From: Felis catus
Taxonomy: Eukaryota
Length of the DNA stretch: 64,000 nucleotides
Reading direction: 5' to 3'
Assembly (NCBI RefSeq): GCF_018350175.1
Contig: NC_058368.1
Span: 79,300,001 to 79,364,000, forward strand
Part shown: positions 23,830-35,797 of the stretch, one piece after another
Layout of the letters: each line of letters starts with the position of its first letter
Position numbering within the stretch: position 1 is the first letter of the stretch
Notes under the pieces: model-generated
Database searches by the model: none
Told to the model about the DNA's origin: nothing
Seen by the model: only the letters and a program-made list of their open reading frames with translations
Position numbers and translations under genes: made by a program

Positions 23830-25420
23830 CACGCAGTGCACGGGTGCAGGATAAGAATAAGCTGCTACTGAATCACAGCCTCGTCGGGTTGGCCCCGCAA
23901 GCCTGTAGTGAGGGGAAGTCCTCTAACTGGGCAGAGTGCCAGGTGTCTCACCTGCTTATCCATATTGTATACAAAGAGAAGTAAGCAAGGCAAGATGTAT
24001 AAGGACTCATTGGCAGTGACAAATGGCTTGGCTACTTAGGGGCCTGGATGAAAAAGATTGGAATATTGTGCACAAAGAGGTCCGGGGCCTATGCAAGAAG
24101 AGACATCTATGGGGATGGTCAAAAGCAAGCAAGTCTTCATATCACACATTAATGTGCCTCAGAGACCGTCCGCCATGGATTAATGTCCCTCGGAGACCAT
24201 CCACCATGGAAAAAATACTGAGTAGCCATTTAAACAAAAAGGCTAGACCGGACGATGTCAGCTGGCTGCCCTCTTGGGTTACCCTGGCTCTGGAACAACG
24301 AGCACATAAACAGAGTACCACGGTGTCAAGAATTAAGGCTAGTTGGGCCCAACAGCAAAGTTTCCCCTTCTCCATGGCTAATTCACTACTGCTGCTGCAG
24401 AACATCCAGCCTGAAAACAATGAAGACCAATGCTGAGCCCCCCTGGTAAAACACCAACACTTGAGGAGGTCAACTAGCCTCTCAGTAGCAAGTTGATTCC
24501 CCTGGAATCGACAACAACTTCCCTCGCCTGGCCTTGATACGTATGTTCATTATGGGTTTGCTTTTCCTGCCTTGTAGTACCTGGGCCAGCACCTCTCCTC
24601 CAGGACCCGCTGGAGTTTAGTTGTCTGAACCATGTCATATTGGACGGAGCGACCCACATCACAGCGGAAGTCCTGAGGGGTGAGCACCCACCATGGAATC
24701 CAGTGATCCTCTCCCATACCACACTATCCCCAAGGTTACCGACCTGATAGGGTAATGGGGTGGCCTCTTGAAGGCAGAGCTAAGGTGCAAGCTTGGGGGT
24801 GATACCATATGATAATGGGACGCCATTCTCTATTACATATCATATACCCCAAATCAAATACCACTATAAAGTGTTGTGTCCATAATGGGTAGAATATATA
24901 GGTCCCAGGTGTGAAAGTTAGAGTAGCCCCATTTTCTTCACCCCCAGTGACTTCCTTTGTAAATTTGTCCCTCTTGTCTCCAAAATTCTAGGGTTTAAGA
25001 GTGAAACACTTCCATCATGATACACAGAGTCCCATAAACTGTCAGCTACACCTCCTGGCCAGTGGCTTCAAAGTCCTTGTGCCAAGAGACTGGCAGACAA
25101 GAAAGAGAGGCCATCTTTACAAGCATAATTGACTGCAATCATCAGGAGGAACTTGGGCTCCTATCATAAATAGGAACAGGTAAAAAATAGATGTGGTACC
25201 CAGGTGACCCAGGGGGGCATCTCTTCACGGGCCCCTGTCCAATTTTGAGGGTAACCGAATAAAGGCAGTGGCCACAGCCTGAGAAAGGAATGGGGAACAG
25301 GAACTGGGGTACCTTAGGGAGAATGAATGGGTCCACAGATAAGCTGCGTGGACCAGCAGCGCTGCTGACCAAGACAGAAGGCGATCTAAACAGACTAGTG
25401 GAAGGAGTGGAGCGTCTTGA
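23830..25420 (+). pseudogene. pol: Degenerate ERV-L internal region: RNase H, integrase and dUTPase (many stops and frameshifts)
   Basis: Translated blocks SEGKSSNWAE...HIVYKEK and DSLAVTNGLA (ERV-L RNase H, cf. GEGKSSQWAEL, DSWAVANGLA); EQRAHKQS...WAQQQSFP (integrase N-terminus); DTYVHYGFAFPA; LIG*WGGLLKAELRCKLGG (cf. LIERWNGLLK); IIDCNHQEELGLL (dUTPase motif 3, cf. VIDPDYQGEIGLL). dUTPase after integrase is the ERV-L gene order. Confidence 0.9.
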
Positions 25421-25574
25421 ATCCTTTGAAGCTCTGTGAGCAGCTGCAGCGATGGGTCCGCATTTTGTAACACTAGCCCGATTCTTGATGGGTCCCCAAG
25501 GCAAGGCCAGCCCAGACCTTGGAGGGGTGACAGGTGGAACGAGGAACACAGGTTGGGGGGCGGCAGGGGGGGGC

Positions 25575-25695
25575 TCAGTGGGGGACGCAGCGCGTCTCCC
25601 AGGCCCCCTTCAGGGCAGAGTGAGTGTTTCCCCACCTGCCAGCAGCACCCCAGCCAACTTCTACTCGGGGAAACGGTCTTGGCTGAAGGGCAATG
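25575..25695 (+). mobile_element. ERV-L 3' LTR 5' fragment, LTR16C-like, preceded by a polypurine tract
   Basis: G-rich PPT-like run at 25555-25573, then ...ggacgcagcgcgtctcccaggcccccttcaggg...ttccccacctgcc...cttggctgaaggg. Confidence 0.55.
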
Positions 25696-26489
25696 TGAGA
25701 GAACTCGGTTCTGTTCCCTACAAACTGTGGGCCTGTTTTCAGGCTAGTCAGCTTTAAGAGAGATTAGGTGAGGAATTCAGGGATCTTGAAGGTGCGTCTT
25801 TCAAAGCTGCCCGTTTGTCCCAAACCACATGCAGAAACTTTGGGTACCTCCCAGGGTATTTATACCCCAGTGTAAAGAACACCTGTCTTTATCACGTCTC
25901 ACCTGGACTATCGCCACAGGATCCCTCCTGGAGTTCTGTAGACACTTTCCTCAGACACTGATTGCAGCCGGAGGGGCATTTGAAGAATGGAAGCCACGCC
26001 TCTTCTCCGCTAATCCTCTCCAGCTGGATTCCCATTGTTCTTGGGATAAAGAAACAAATTCTCAGCAAGGCTTACTGGCTGTGCAGCACCGGGACCCTCC
26101 AGGACTCTGCAGTGTCCCTTGCATTCCCTGCGGAGGAGCCCCCCCGCCCCCGACCTGCAGCTCCCTCCCTTCCAACGTAGTGTCTCTTTCACTGTCTTCC
26201 TTCTAGAATATTCTTTCCTCCTTCCCTGTTTACCTGCGGCGTTCTATTCAAATTTCACATTTTCTGCTGACATTTTGCTTTCTTGGGAAAATCGGGCAGA
26301 TAACCAGAGAGGTTGAATCCTCTATAACAAAGGTGACGGTGTGTCCTGACTTCCCTGGGACCATCCAGGCTACTGAACCCTCTCATTCACTGATTTAATC
26401 TGCCCCCAACCTGTAATCTACTCAGTTACAGTTACTCGTGTTTCATCAAAAGTATCCCAACTATTGAAAATATGTATTATTTTATTTAT

Positions 26490-26627
26490 TAATGCCCGTT
26501 TCCTTAGAACAACTGTACGAACTATGAAGGCAATAATATGCCTGCCATGTCCATGATTGAATTCCCAACGGATGTTAGCATCACTGGCATATGTAGACGA
26601 TCAACAAATATTTCTTGAATGAATGAG
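26490..26627 (+). mobile_element. L2 3' terminus
   Basis: ctggcatatgtagacgatcaacaaatatttcttgaatgaatga is the characteristic L2 end with (TGAA)n. Confidence 0.7.
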
Positions 26628-29600
26628 AGAGTGACTGAAACATCATGGCACTGGAACATCCTCAAACTGCTTTCACCAAGAAGAACTGTATCTGTTTATA
26701 GCACCACCTATTTTTTATGGCAAATTTCCAAAAGGCTGAAGAGTGGGGAATACTAGCATTTACAAAAGTATTAGCAGGGATACGATGGTTGCAAGCCTTG
26801 TTTTAATTTCCGTTTCTTTGATAACTAGGAACATAGACATTTTATCCTTAGTAGTTACATTCCATTGTAAATTTTCCATTCATTTCCCGGGCTCTTTCAC
26901 TTATTATAGTCCTTATAATGTTATTTTTGTCTGCAAACAATTTTATTTATTATAGGTATTAATTCTCTATATGGTTTATTTGATGCAAATATCTTCCCTA
27001 TTATTGTTTTCATATTTCTTTCATTTGGGCTTCTTTTTGTCTTTTATATGATTAACACTTTAATGGCAAAAATCTGTCAACCATTTCTTTCACGATTTCA
27101 TTTCTTGTCTGGCATACTTTTTCCGAAATTGTGATAAGTATTTTGTTTTCCATCCTTTTTCCTGGTTTTTAATAAATTCTTGGTTGATTTTTAGCTCTTG
27201 GCCAAATGTTCTTTTGATATGATATACTTTGTGGTTTTAAATAATTTTCTCTGTGTGATTTTTGCCTACATAATGACTTTAAAAACAGCTAACTACAGAT
27301 AAACCTTGGTCCAGCTCCTTCCAATTCAGAGCTATGACAACACTTGCAAAATACTGAGGTGCTGTTTTGTGTTCAAACAATATCATGAGATCAGTCCCTG
27401 GGCAGGGATGTCTGGAAATCTAGGAAGGAGGGCACATGCGAATCTTAGGAATTAGTGTGTGTACATGAACGTTTATGGACCTCAATGGCCCCGTTTTGTG
27501 TGAGGCTGCATGAAGTCCTCTGAATCAATGTGTTCTGTAAAACGTCGAGAGCATGTAGCACGGAATTTATGTGAATGATACATGGAGTTGGGGTAGCTTC
27601 TCTTTGTACATAAGATAGTCATCCTACTAAATGCTGTGCAATGAGGAATGTGATCCCTAACAACATGACTTGTCCTTAACCATAGGAAGTGAAAGTCTCA
27701 GTCTGGTAAAGGCACAGGGGAGGCGTAGGGAAGGAAATTATAAAGGCTCAACTGGAGGTTTTCTTTCCATCTAGACTTCAGAAGAAGTCAAAGATGACAA
27801 TAGTAGTCTGACGTTCTTTTAGGTCGAGTTTTGTCAATTGTTATTTTCTTGATATCTGCTGATTGATACCTTCCTGGACTTGCACACACACCCTTGTGGG
27901 GACGTGCAGGCACTTGGATGGCATCAAAGGTGCACTTACAGTCCCAAGGACCATCAGCCCTTATACACAGCAGCTGATCCAACCGAACCAACATGGTGGC
28001 TCAGAGACGTTCTACGCACGTCTGGAGTGGGGAGAGGGTACGGCTACATGTAGCTGAAAATACTCAAACTCTTACTCAGTGGGCAGCACATTCAAACCTT
28101 TTAGGCCAGGTTGAAACTTAACGCAAGATTGAGATTTCTGCACTCATGACCTACACGCTGTCAAAGAGTGTGTTCCTACAGCTAACTTTCCATCATTAGC
28201 TTCCAAAAGCCTCAGAGTAAACCTCATTTGTATTCTTTCTTTTTTCTCAGAGAACTAAGGAGATTTCAGCCCATTTCTTTTCATTTATTTGAGATAAAGA
28301 TTAGGACTCTCATTTGTTTTATTGCTTTCATTTTTGAGAAAAAAAAAACAAACGATGAATGCTTCCATGCATTTTTTTTCAGCACAGAATAAAGATAGGA
28401 ATTGTCCATTAGCCACAATATAGCTGTTGTCTTTCTCACTCTCTTTTTAGTTAACTGGATTAAAATTTGCTTTTATGGATATGATTATTGCTATTTCCTT
28501 TTATGATGATTGCCATGTTGTTTTCTCGGTTCATCTGACCTTGCCCTTTAAATGTGATGGTGACTTCATTCAGACGGTGTTCCAAAATGCCAAACTTGAG
28601 CATGAAAATAGAAATTGTAAAAAGAAAAAAATAGATGAGTTTTTGTTTGTTTAAAAAAAAAAGATTTAAGGAGTATATCTCCAGTAATTAATGCATTGTT
28701 AACCTGAAGATCAGACTCAGGCAATATTGAATCCTGCTTTTAAAAAATGTCCCCAAGGCTGGCTTGCCCTCTTGTAAAATGCATATCATCCATTCAACAA
28801 ATCTTTATTGATTATGCCAGTCACCATAATAGGTTTTGGCATTACAGCACTAAACAAAACAGACAAATCCCTGACCCTTTGTCCGAGTTTTGGATACTCA
28901 GCAGATGGGATCCACCACATACACTCATTCAGCGTTCTGTTTCCGTAGCCCAGAGTATTCTGGTATCTCTCTTGTTTTCTTTCCTCTCAGCCTTTTGGGG
29001 AGAATTTCCATAGTGCATAAAACTGAAACGAGGTAAAAAGATATCTTGAGAGACCAAGGCTGTTCCCCCAAAATGTTGCAGTGTTTAAAATGGTACCGTG
29101 GATACCATGGCTGAAGCTCATGGTACCATGGAGTCTTCCATTTGGCTGTAAAAGGGAGAAAATGAATGTTGCTTTTGGACCCCCAAGTCACAGTGTGGGC
29201 TCCAGCAAAGCATCTTTTTTCTTTTTTTTTTTAATCCTGTTTGATAATCTGGTATCTACAACAAGTCAGATGTTGACATGTCCAGCACTTAGGTTTTTTA
29301 GAGATTAACCAATTTGTACTGAAAAAAAAAAAAAAAAAAAAGACAATGGAGCAAGGACAGTCCCGCAGGGCTCTGAAGAACCAGGAAGACAAAAGCCTCA
29401 GACATTCTGTTCCTGGATAAATGAGACTTTCTCACGGGTCTCTGCATGGTGCTTCGGCCCCCAGACTGGACAAAGAAAACAACTATTTTCCAGCCCCATT
29501 TGCTGTGGGGTAAAAACTAATTACCCAGCTGTTGCTTCTGGATGTGAAGAGAGAAGCCTTACGTGTACTCAGTGATCACTGGTGATTGATGACGTTGGCT

Positions 29601-30073
29601 GAGACCAGGGAAGAAAGGTCCAAACACAAGCCCAGATCTGTAGAAACAGGAGTCCCTACATGAGACAAGAGCTCAGTGCCTATCCAACTCAAACCGATCT
29701 CGTAGACGGAATCCTCAAACACCTGCCGTGGCTGTGCTGGGATTGGCCCATTTGCCAGATGAGCTCCCAGGACGGGGATGCACTCTCGTGTGTGGAGTCA
29801 CAGGGGGAAAGGTCAAAACAGTTGGGAGGGATGCTGGAAATTTGGACAGGTTTTCGTAAGCTGTTCTTGTCACAGATGATGGGGTATTTCTGAAGTCAGG
29901 GGCTCGGCGATGAAGGGAAGGCTGTGGAGGAAAGTTCAGGGGAAGATCCAGGACTATGACTCACAAGCCTTTAGGGCTGGATTATCCTCTCATTGTGTTT
30001 TCAACATCCTCTCCCCCCCTGCAGAAATCTCTTGCATCAAGGTTGAGTGGATTTTTAAAACATTAAAGGGCAT

Positions 30074-30262
30074 GGGGTTCCTGGGTGGCTCAGTCAGTTA
30101 AGCGTCCGACTCCTGATTTCTGTTCAGGTCATGATCTCTCAGTTTGTGAGATCGAGTCCCATGTTGGGGTCTGTGCCGACAGCGTGGAGCCTGCTTGGGA
30201 TTCTGTCTCTGCCACTTCTGTGCTTGTGTTCTTTCTCTCTCAAAAATAAACATTAAAAAAAA
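30074..30262 (+). mobile_element. CanSINE (older subfamily)
   Basis: ggggttcctgggtggctcagtcagttaagcgtccgact...gcctgcttgggattct...aaaaataaacattaaaaaaaa. Confidence 0.93.
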
Positions 30263-32211
30263 TATCAACGAGCATGAAAATATATTTTAATTGCCATAGA
30301 TTGAGATATTTACAATAAATGTAATTAGACGTGTGCTGTATTATTGCAAAGCAAGGATGAAAATCACTAATGTACCAATTTAATGCTTGCTGTAAATAAA
30401 CAGAACAGAACAGAACAGTTTGAGCTGATAGGCTGGCAGTTTCCTATGCACACCTGGCCAACTTTTTAAATGCAATGAACCCCCCTCAGTAATGTTGTGC
30501 CCTTTCAGCCCAGAAAAGCACTATCTTTCCCAACTTTCTCAAGTTTTTCTCTCTTTGCCTATTTTTCTGGAAGCCAAACCGACCTGTAGCTAAAGCTTTT
30601 CTTCCGGATCTTCCTAGGTAATGAACTCTCAAGCTTAATAAAGGAAGTGAAAGGCCTTGGGGGTTGGGGGGGGATGGTTCACTTTGGTGAGGTTTGTGGT
30701 GATGCTCCGAGCTCCCTGGCCCACCGCTGGCTTTTCTGTTGCCCTCCACATGCACGTTCTACCTTGTGACCGACCGTAAGGGTTTCCTTATTCAAAGTAC
30801 TTCCTCCAGAGATGTTGAGGAAGGATGCCCTTTGGCCATTTCCTTGGTCTCACCCTCTGAAGCTTAAACAGGAGGCCAGCGCCCAGAACCGGCGTGCACC
30901 TGTTCGTCCCGTTTCTCCGGGGCTACTGAGTTGTGGTCCAACTGCTGATCCTCTCTGCAGAGCAGCATTCGGGGGGATGGAGACCACCGGGTCAACACCA
31001 CGTTCTCTCTGACACATCTGGGGCATGGCTGCTGTCTCTGGGGAGCTCCTTGCTCACCAGCGACAGAATGATGTTGTGCTAAATGCGGGTGTTCAGCGTA
31101 CCTGGCCACGTCCCCTCAGTAGGCGGGAAGGTCGGGCGAAGGGAGCAGGGGAGCAGCCGAGTCGATCACTAAACCTCTGATGTTCACCTGAACTTCCCAT
31201 GCCCCAGCCTCAACCACAAATCCCATAGACACAAGCGGAGGAGACCCTGGGCTCCTGGTCGCCCGCGTCCTTCCACGAGGCTGAAAAAAGAAACAAATGG
31301 GCAATGTTTGCTATTTAACAGTATTACTGCTGAGTGCATAAATCGAAAATGAAAGGATCTTAATTACGTAGAGCACGGAAGACGGAGAAGCCTACTTCAG
31401 GGCTTCTGGCTTTGTATGAAAAGTGATGGTTCTAATGGACCCCAGGGCTGATCTGTCAGAGCCCTGTCCTGCCTGTGAGACCAGGTTCTCTCTGGGAACA
31501 TTTGGTAACTGGGTCTCCACCACACACAGGGCTGTTGTCTCAAAGGCCTATTTGCCTATCTGTTCTCCTCATTCCCTGCAAGGCCAAGCACGGAGCTCTA
31601 TGTGGGAGAGGACGGGGGCAGGACCGATTCCTCCCCCGCAAATGTGCGGAGCCCCCTGAGCCCCCATATTCCCCAGACAGCGGGGGTCTGTGGAACAGTT
31701 TGTTTTCTGTAAACTGGAGAAGCCGTCTCTGTCTGCGGTCTGAGCTCAGAGCTGTTGATTCCAAGCTTTACTCTTTTACTGGCTCCTTCCATGGCCTTCA
31801 GCCACAGAATCCCTCAATTTCCTCATCTGTATAACTTGGAAAAACAGCCTGGAACACCCAGGGATTAACCAATTAGGGATTTCATAGGATCTAAAAATCT
31901 CTTTCATGGTTTTTCAGTATTACTTTACTAGGGGTCTTGTTAATATGCTTCTTCTGTTGCAGTTTCGTAAATTACAAGTAATAAGTGATTTTTCCTTTGT
32001 TACATTCACCCCTATTGATCTTTATTCTTGATTAAATTTACAGTTAAATAAACCCTTTTCACTTGGGGTTTTCCTTTCTATTTCAAAGAATTCCTCAGCA
32101 CAGGGAAGGCTGTGCCTTCACACGTCTGCTTCCAAGATAAATTGCTTTGTGTTTTTGAAGCTATCTATCTAAATGTTTCTACATCATTTCACTACAGAGG
32201 AGGACAAATTT

Positions 32212-32245
32212 GAGAGAGGGAAGAAAGGAAGGGAGGGAAGGAGGT

Positions 32246-32293
<48 letters not shown>

Positions 32294-32507
32294 GAAGGGA
32301 GGAAGGAAGGAAGGAAGGAAGGAAGGAAGGAAGGAAGGAAGGAGAAGAAAAGAAAGAAGAGGGAAGGATGGAAGGAAAAAAGGAAGGAAGGTGGGAGGAA
32401 AGGAGGGAAGGAGGAAAGGAAGGAGGGAGGGAAGAAAGGGAAGAAGGAAGGAAGGAAGGAGAGAAGGAAGGAAGGAAGGAAGGAAGGAAGGAAGGAGACA
32501 GGAAGGC
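32212..32507 (+). repeat. Compound polypurine microsatellite (GAAA)n/(GGAA)n
   Basis: About 295 bp of nearly pure G/A on the + strand. Confidence 0.98.
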
Positions 32508-32518
32508 AAGCATATTTA

Positions 32519-32742
32519 TTTTTTTTTTAATTTTTTTTTCAACGTTTATTTATTTTTGGGACAGAGAGAGACAGAGCATGAACGGGGGAGGGGCAGAGAG
32601 AGAGGGAGACACAGAATCAGAAACAGGCTCCAGGCTCTGAGCCATCAGCCCAGAGCCCGACGTGGGGCTCGAACTCACGGACCGCGAGATCGTGACCTGG
32701 TTGAAGTCGGACGCTTAACCGACTGCGCCACCCAGGTGCCCC
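32519..32742 (-). mobile_element. Young felid SINEC_Fc
   Basis: Diagnostic gagccatcagcccagagccc and gactgcgccacc; TSD ggcaagcatattta at 32505-32518 and 32745-32758. Confidence 0.97.
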
Positions 32743-33873
32743 ATGGCAAGCATATTTAAATGCTTCTTACAGAAGAAAAGAGGCTTGACAGCAGGCTGCC
32801 CGAATGCATAAAGTTGTTCAGTGTATTTCTCTATGTTGAATGTAATAGAACAGAATTGATAGATGAAATATTCTAATACAATTTATGAAACCAAAGATGT
32901 ATCTATTATCCATGTCCAGAAGCGCATACATGCAATGAAAATACTTCCTAAACTGTAGTGAAATAAGGAGTTATATGACTGAATTATTTTTAAAGTAGTA
33001 CTTTGTTTAGAATAATGTCTTCTTATAATCCCTAATTTCTAATTAATGCAAACTAGGTCACCACCTAGCACCCTCTGTCATTACCCAATTACTGCCCCCC
33101 ATAACAGAATCATTCTGTATTATGTTTAAAATCAGAAGTGTCTGAAAATTTCTTTCACTGATGGCCTTTTCCTAAGTATACTAATAGCACATATTTTTCT
33201 GTACACCCTAATGACTACAATTTATTTTTACACAAAAAGTTTATTCCTTTCCGGCACCATGAAAAGGGTATGTTGCCCTTTTCTGAGACCAAAACATGCT
33301 CTCTTTTTATCCAAGACTTTCATGGCTCTTCCATTTAACTCATAAACACATTCATTCTGTTATATAGTGTGTCCTGGGAATAATTCCAGGAACAACAAGT
33401 CCCATCCTTGTCTTTTCAGTTTTAAAGCAACTTTATTTACTTATAAAAAACCCTTCCAAGACACAGGCAGCCCGGCAGCCCCCAGGAGGCCCTGTGAGCT
33501 AGCATGTTGGGGCTCTGTGAGGGGTCAAGGTGCCACCGTGACCCCGAACTGTTTCCAATGTGGCTCCAGGAGGTGCAGGGAGGGCCGTTGTCTGGACTCT
33601 TCCCTCATGGGCTATAGGCATCATGGTCACCCCGAGAGGCCGCATTCTGGGCTCATGACTAGGATACACCTTGACCTTCATGGTTCCTCCCACTGCTTCT
33701 CACAGATCAGAGGGAAAGAGGAAGAGACCGTTCCATCCCAACTGGCCCTACTGGGTTTGGAAGGAAAGAAATGACACTGTGATGCAGACGGACAGTGGAG
33801 TCCAGGGGATGTAGGGAGGCCAGTTCACAGTTCAGCTGAGTCTTGAAGAACAAACAGCCCGCAGTCCCGGGAA

Positions 33874-34006
33874 GTGCACGGGGTGAGGGGGGGTGGAGGT
33901 GTGTTTCCAGGTGCACGGGTTGGGGGGGTGCACTTCCAGGTGCACAGGGTGGGGGTTACATTTCCAGGTGCACGGGGTAGGGGGGGAGGGGGGGTGTTTC
34001 CAGGTG
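33874..34006 (+). repeat. G-rich minisatellite, core TTCCAGGTGCACGGG(T)Gn, about 4.5 copies
   Basis: CAGGTG at 33908, 33937, 33965 and 34001, separated by variable G-runs. Confidence 0.9.
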
Positions 34007-35344
34007 AAGGAAGCACAAATGTAAAGACTTCTTGTGAAATAACACCTGTCGTGTCCAAGGACAGAAGACAGTGATCCCTAAAGACCCAACACTAAGTATA
34101 GTTAAGGTTACTTGTGATCTCTCAACGTCTATCACTGGCCACGAGGGAAAGGTGAGCCCATCAGGAGCAGTAATGTGAAAACCACAAAGGTGATGTGAGT
34201 TCCTGTGGAAGGAAGAGTGGCATATACATGTGCCCACCTTGTGCAGGGACATAGGTGCAGGGACATCAGAACTGGCCACCAGGGATTCTGTGTGTGGTGG
34301 GAAAACAGAATAGATCAAAGTGCCCTAGGCGGGGGCAGGAAAGCCAGAAAGAGGAGGTGATCATCGTCCAGATGACGCACAGAGAGGCTTGAGGTGCCCA
34401 GGGCATGTCTACAGTCTATGGCAGTTGTGTTCAGCCAAAGAGCACTGAGGACCAATAAACACATCCTGGTTTGTTTCTCAAGGCCAGCACAGTCGTGAAA
34501 CAAGGCCGTAGATCTTTATGAAATCGTATATTCCCACACTGTCTCCACACCTGCAGGCACACATCCCTGACCTCTCTGAAGATCCTCATCTGGAAACCTT
34601 CAGCATCGGTTCTACAGTGTCCTCACGCGTTAAACAACAACGAGAAGTTTCCTCTTTTCCGTGTGCTTCATGAGCTCTTTGGACTCAATGCGCCTTGTCA
34701 AAATCAATGTACTTCATGCGTAAATACACAGACAGACAAACATCATATGTCCACAAATTTCATGTAGCGGTTCAGTTCAGAATATGTTTTTTAAGAGATC
34801 AAGTTCCACACAGCCGAGTTCCCTCAGTCCATGTCCGGCACTGTTGAACGTGATGTGTGGAAGTTGGATGATTCCCCGGGCAATGGAGTCCATGGATTTC
34901 ACTCATCATTCCATGCCTTTTAAGCTTTGATGTAAATTTGTACAGGCCACAGTTGTGGATGGAATATAAACCTTGGGTACAATGTAGAAGAGCAAACTGT
35001 TTATGGCTTTTGTGTTTGAGAGGCTCACACATCTTGCTGTTGAGCTCAGCACCCCCCCCCCCCCCGCACTGAGCCTCCACTGATCAGCTGACCCCCAGGC
35101 CCAGCAGATGTCTTCTTGGCCATGTGCTTCTGCCTTGTGGGCGCACCCCCTTCTCCAGCCCACCTCAGCCCCTCTCCTGGGACAGTGTTTTCCACCACCA
35201 GCCTTATCTCTGAACTGGAAACTTTTCTTTCAAAGTCATTGCACAACTTTGTAACAAAAGAAGGTACTGAGGACAGAAGGATCTGTAGCAGCTCCAGGCT
35301 CTGAGGCATGGTGACTACAAAAGAAACAGTCACAGACTAGAAAG

Positions 35345-35797
35345 TGTATCAGTCAGGGTGCAGCGCTTGCTAACAAACACTCTTCCCCTCTCAGGGACGA
35401 TAACAGCACAGGTTGATTCCCTGCTGGTGTTCCACGTCATTTGGGGCCAGCCTTGGCTCTGTTCAGTGTTATCTTCAGTCTGTGGTCCAGTCTAATGGAG
35501 TTGCCATCTGGGATGCTATAGATCTTGATGCAGAAGGAAAAGGGAGATAAGAGGGCCTGAGCTAGCTTATGAAGCCTCTGCTCAGGGATGACACATGGCA
35601 CTTTGTCTCACTTCCCAACGTCAGCACAAGTGACTTGCACTCAGCAAGGTGGAGGCCGGGCTTTCACAATCCTTCCAAATCTTCTCTCTGAAGGAACAGT
35701 TGCCGCTCCTTGGACAAGCCTGATATCTATGGGCAAAGAAGTATCAGGTCCCCAGGGAAGGAAAATGAGTATTTTGAACAATAATAAAATCCACCCC
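35345..35797 (-). mobile_element. MaLR solo LTR, MLT1K/L-like
   Basis: tgtatcagtcagggtg...taacaaacac...gccatctgggatg...gcagaaggaaaagggag...gatgacacatggcacttt. Confidence 0.65.

Noticed and set aside
24023..24436. 137-aa ORF as a possible domesticated retroviral gene
   Set aside because: It switches between Pol frames, lacks an intact HHCC motif and ends before the catalytic core; the neighbouring Pol sequence has many stops.
29089..29131. Short palindromes (catggtaccatg and related)
   Set aside because: A 12-bp palindrome is expected by chance several times in 64 kb.
32184..32759. Lys/Glu/Arg-rich and Pro/Ser/Phe-rich ORFs (also 11032-11326)
   Set aside because: Translations of (GAAA)n and (GGAA)n microsatellites.
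33874..34006. CRISPR-like repeat-spacer appearance
   Set aside because: The core is only about 12 bp, spacers are related G-runs rather than unique sequence, the context is mammalian and there are no cas genes.
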